Source: Takakia lepidozioides
Taxonomy: Eukaryota; Plantae; Bryophyta
Assembly: GCA_030704615.1 (NCBI GenBank)
Contig: CM060734.1
Span: 20,212,001-20,276,000 of the forward strand
Length of the DNA stretch: 64,000 bases
Direction of reading: 5' to 3'
Positions within the stretch are counted from its first letter, which is position 1. Each line of letters begins with the position of its first letter. This document shows positions 62,163 to 64,000 of this stretch, piece by piece. The notes beneath the pieces were generated by a model. That model made no database searches and was not told where the DNA came from. It was given only the letters and a program-made list of their open reading frames with translations. Position numbers and translations under genes: made by a program.

Positions 62163-64000
62163 TGCAGGAGTAGCTTCCTACTGCTCTCAACCAAAATACC
62201 ACTACTCACCTTCTCACCCTAAAGTTCCTCTTACCCTAAGCTCCCGTACCCTTGTGATCCGCGAACGCTCCTCCTCCTCGTCAATTGCAAGACCTGTGGA
62301 AATTGTTGACTCCGCGCTTCGTTTCCCCTCAGTCAATTCTCCACGTTTGTGGTTAGCCCGCTCTCGCACAAACAGCATCCTACACACAAGCCCGGAAACA
62401 GAGAGAAGAAAGAAGAGTCGGAGAGGAGACAGGGCCACACACAGCCTGCTGATGGTGACTCGTGAGAGCTCATCTTCTCGAACTCTCTTAACTCTGCCTG
62501 CACGGCCCCCGAGGTATTTTAGGTTTTTTTTTTCCCTGCCCTTTCTTCCCTCTTAATAAAGTTTCCAGGGCCTCTGTCCCTTGTCTATACAAAGAAATAA
62601 ATGAAAGTTTTCTCTGCTCTCCAGATTCACTGGACTCTAAAGAAACTTTATCTTTATCTCTTTTCTCTTTTTTTCCATAGTAAGTCTCAAATTAAAAACT
62701 TTTTTTAATCAAATTTTTCCAAGACACCTTTTTAATATGATTTAAAGGGCCTCCGTCCCCTTTCGGTTAAAATAAAAAACAAACTTCAACTAGTAAATTG
62801 GTCGTTTTCAAAAACTTGCTGGCTAAGTCATTTACTCGATCTTTCCTTAACTTACCAGACATAGGGGTCCTTTTTTGAGGGGGGGCTGATGAGCAAGTAA
62901 ATTGGTTGTTTTTAAAGAAAATACTTGCTGGCTAAGTCTTTTACTTGAACTTTCTAGTCCCTTATCAGAATGTAGAAATTAGGGGTCTTTTTGAGATAAG
63001 GAGGAAGAGCATGGAGGGGGAGGAGGCAGTAAGCCACCACGGTACTTATTTCTGAGGGTATTCTTCCCTGGAAGTAAGATCGTGGCATGTAGCCGTCACG
63101 AATACCGAGCAGGGCAGTGCTGGCCGGGAGGGCCATCGGGAGGATTGACTCTTTACTACAGGCCTCCCTGCCATCCGCTTGGTCGTGGTCTTGAGCACAT
63201 ATATATCTGTGGTCTGTAACTCCACCCGCCCATTCGAACCCAACCCAACCCACTTGCCCTCCACTGCTGCTCTTGGGTCTGAACAAGCGCCCGCAATAGG
63301 GGTGTACACAATCTTCGTTTTGGTCTTGACGTAGATCATCGGTAGAAATTAATTGGAAGTGAGAACCATGCATATAAGTGATTCTACCGTAGGTACAAGG
63401 TCATCGCGGTACGCCTTTCGCCATTTGGACTTCGAACTAGGACTAATTACGTGTATGTCTCGATCTTCTACAGTGGGTACAAGATTTTGCATGCAAAAGC
63501 ACTTAAGAGTGGAATTAAAACTTCACAGAGCCTGGTGTAGATATGCTGCCGAGAAGTCAAATGAAATGGTACTTGACAATGTTCGGAAGAGCTTATGGGA
63601 CGAGGAAGAAAGAAACAAGAGAGGGACTACAAGCAGCTCAAAAGCAACTATATAGCTCGAGGGATTGTCTCGGAGTCAACGCTTCATGCAGGTACGCTGC
63701 CAAGCATTTTTTATCATGGAAAGAAAGAATAGGAAGTTTAAGGTCCAGCAATTTGCAGAGCATACAAGGTTACAGTTCTGTAAAGCGAGGGAAAAAGTGA
63801 TTATGTCCGCAAAGAAAGAAAAGGAAGTTTCACACAAGGCATTCAAGGTTACAGCGAAAGTGATTCATCCGCAAAGAAAGAAAAGGAAGTTCAACAGAGC
63901 AATCATGGTTACAGCTCTATGCAAATAGAGAGAGAGAAAGTCATTACTTTTGAAGGAGGCCAAAAGGGTCCGAAGGAGGGGATACTTTCTTTTGTAGCCA

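Noticed and set aside
62954-63373. Overlapping minus-strand ORFs of 139 and 97 aa
   Set aside because: No homology or splice evidence that I can recognise.

Overview
Eukaryotic, intron-rich genomic DNA, most likely from a seed-free land plant with flagellated sperm such as a bryophyte. This is inferred from a helicase-less Dicer-like gene, an LSMT-type SET gene and an LRRIQ1-like gene. The most striking object is a 10.76-kb Ty3/Gypsy-type LTR retroelement (3806-14569, AATT target-site duplication). Its polyprotein reads gag - zinc knuckles - protease - C5 DNA cytosine methyltransferase (DNMT3-like) - almost fully deleted RT/RNase H - DDE integrase - PHD finger. Its LTR is split into a B-internal-A-B-A' arrangement containing what looks like a 2-LTR-circle junction, and it has a Tf1-like self-priming site instead of a tRNA PBS. 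The rest of the window holds two FCP1/NIF-domain ORFs, an LSMT-family SET pseudogene whose last three exons lie in a 1.2-kb inversion, and a decayed LRRIQ1-like gene with an intronic CRE-like retrotransposon. It also holds an apparently intact 9-exon minimal Dicer-like gene whose RNase IIIb has D->N and E->Q changes, about 17 copies or ends of an RTE/RTEX-like LINE, and other TE remnants. All calls come from reading motifs by eye; no searches were run.
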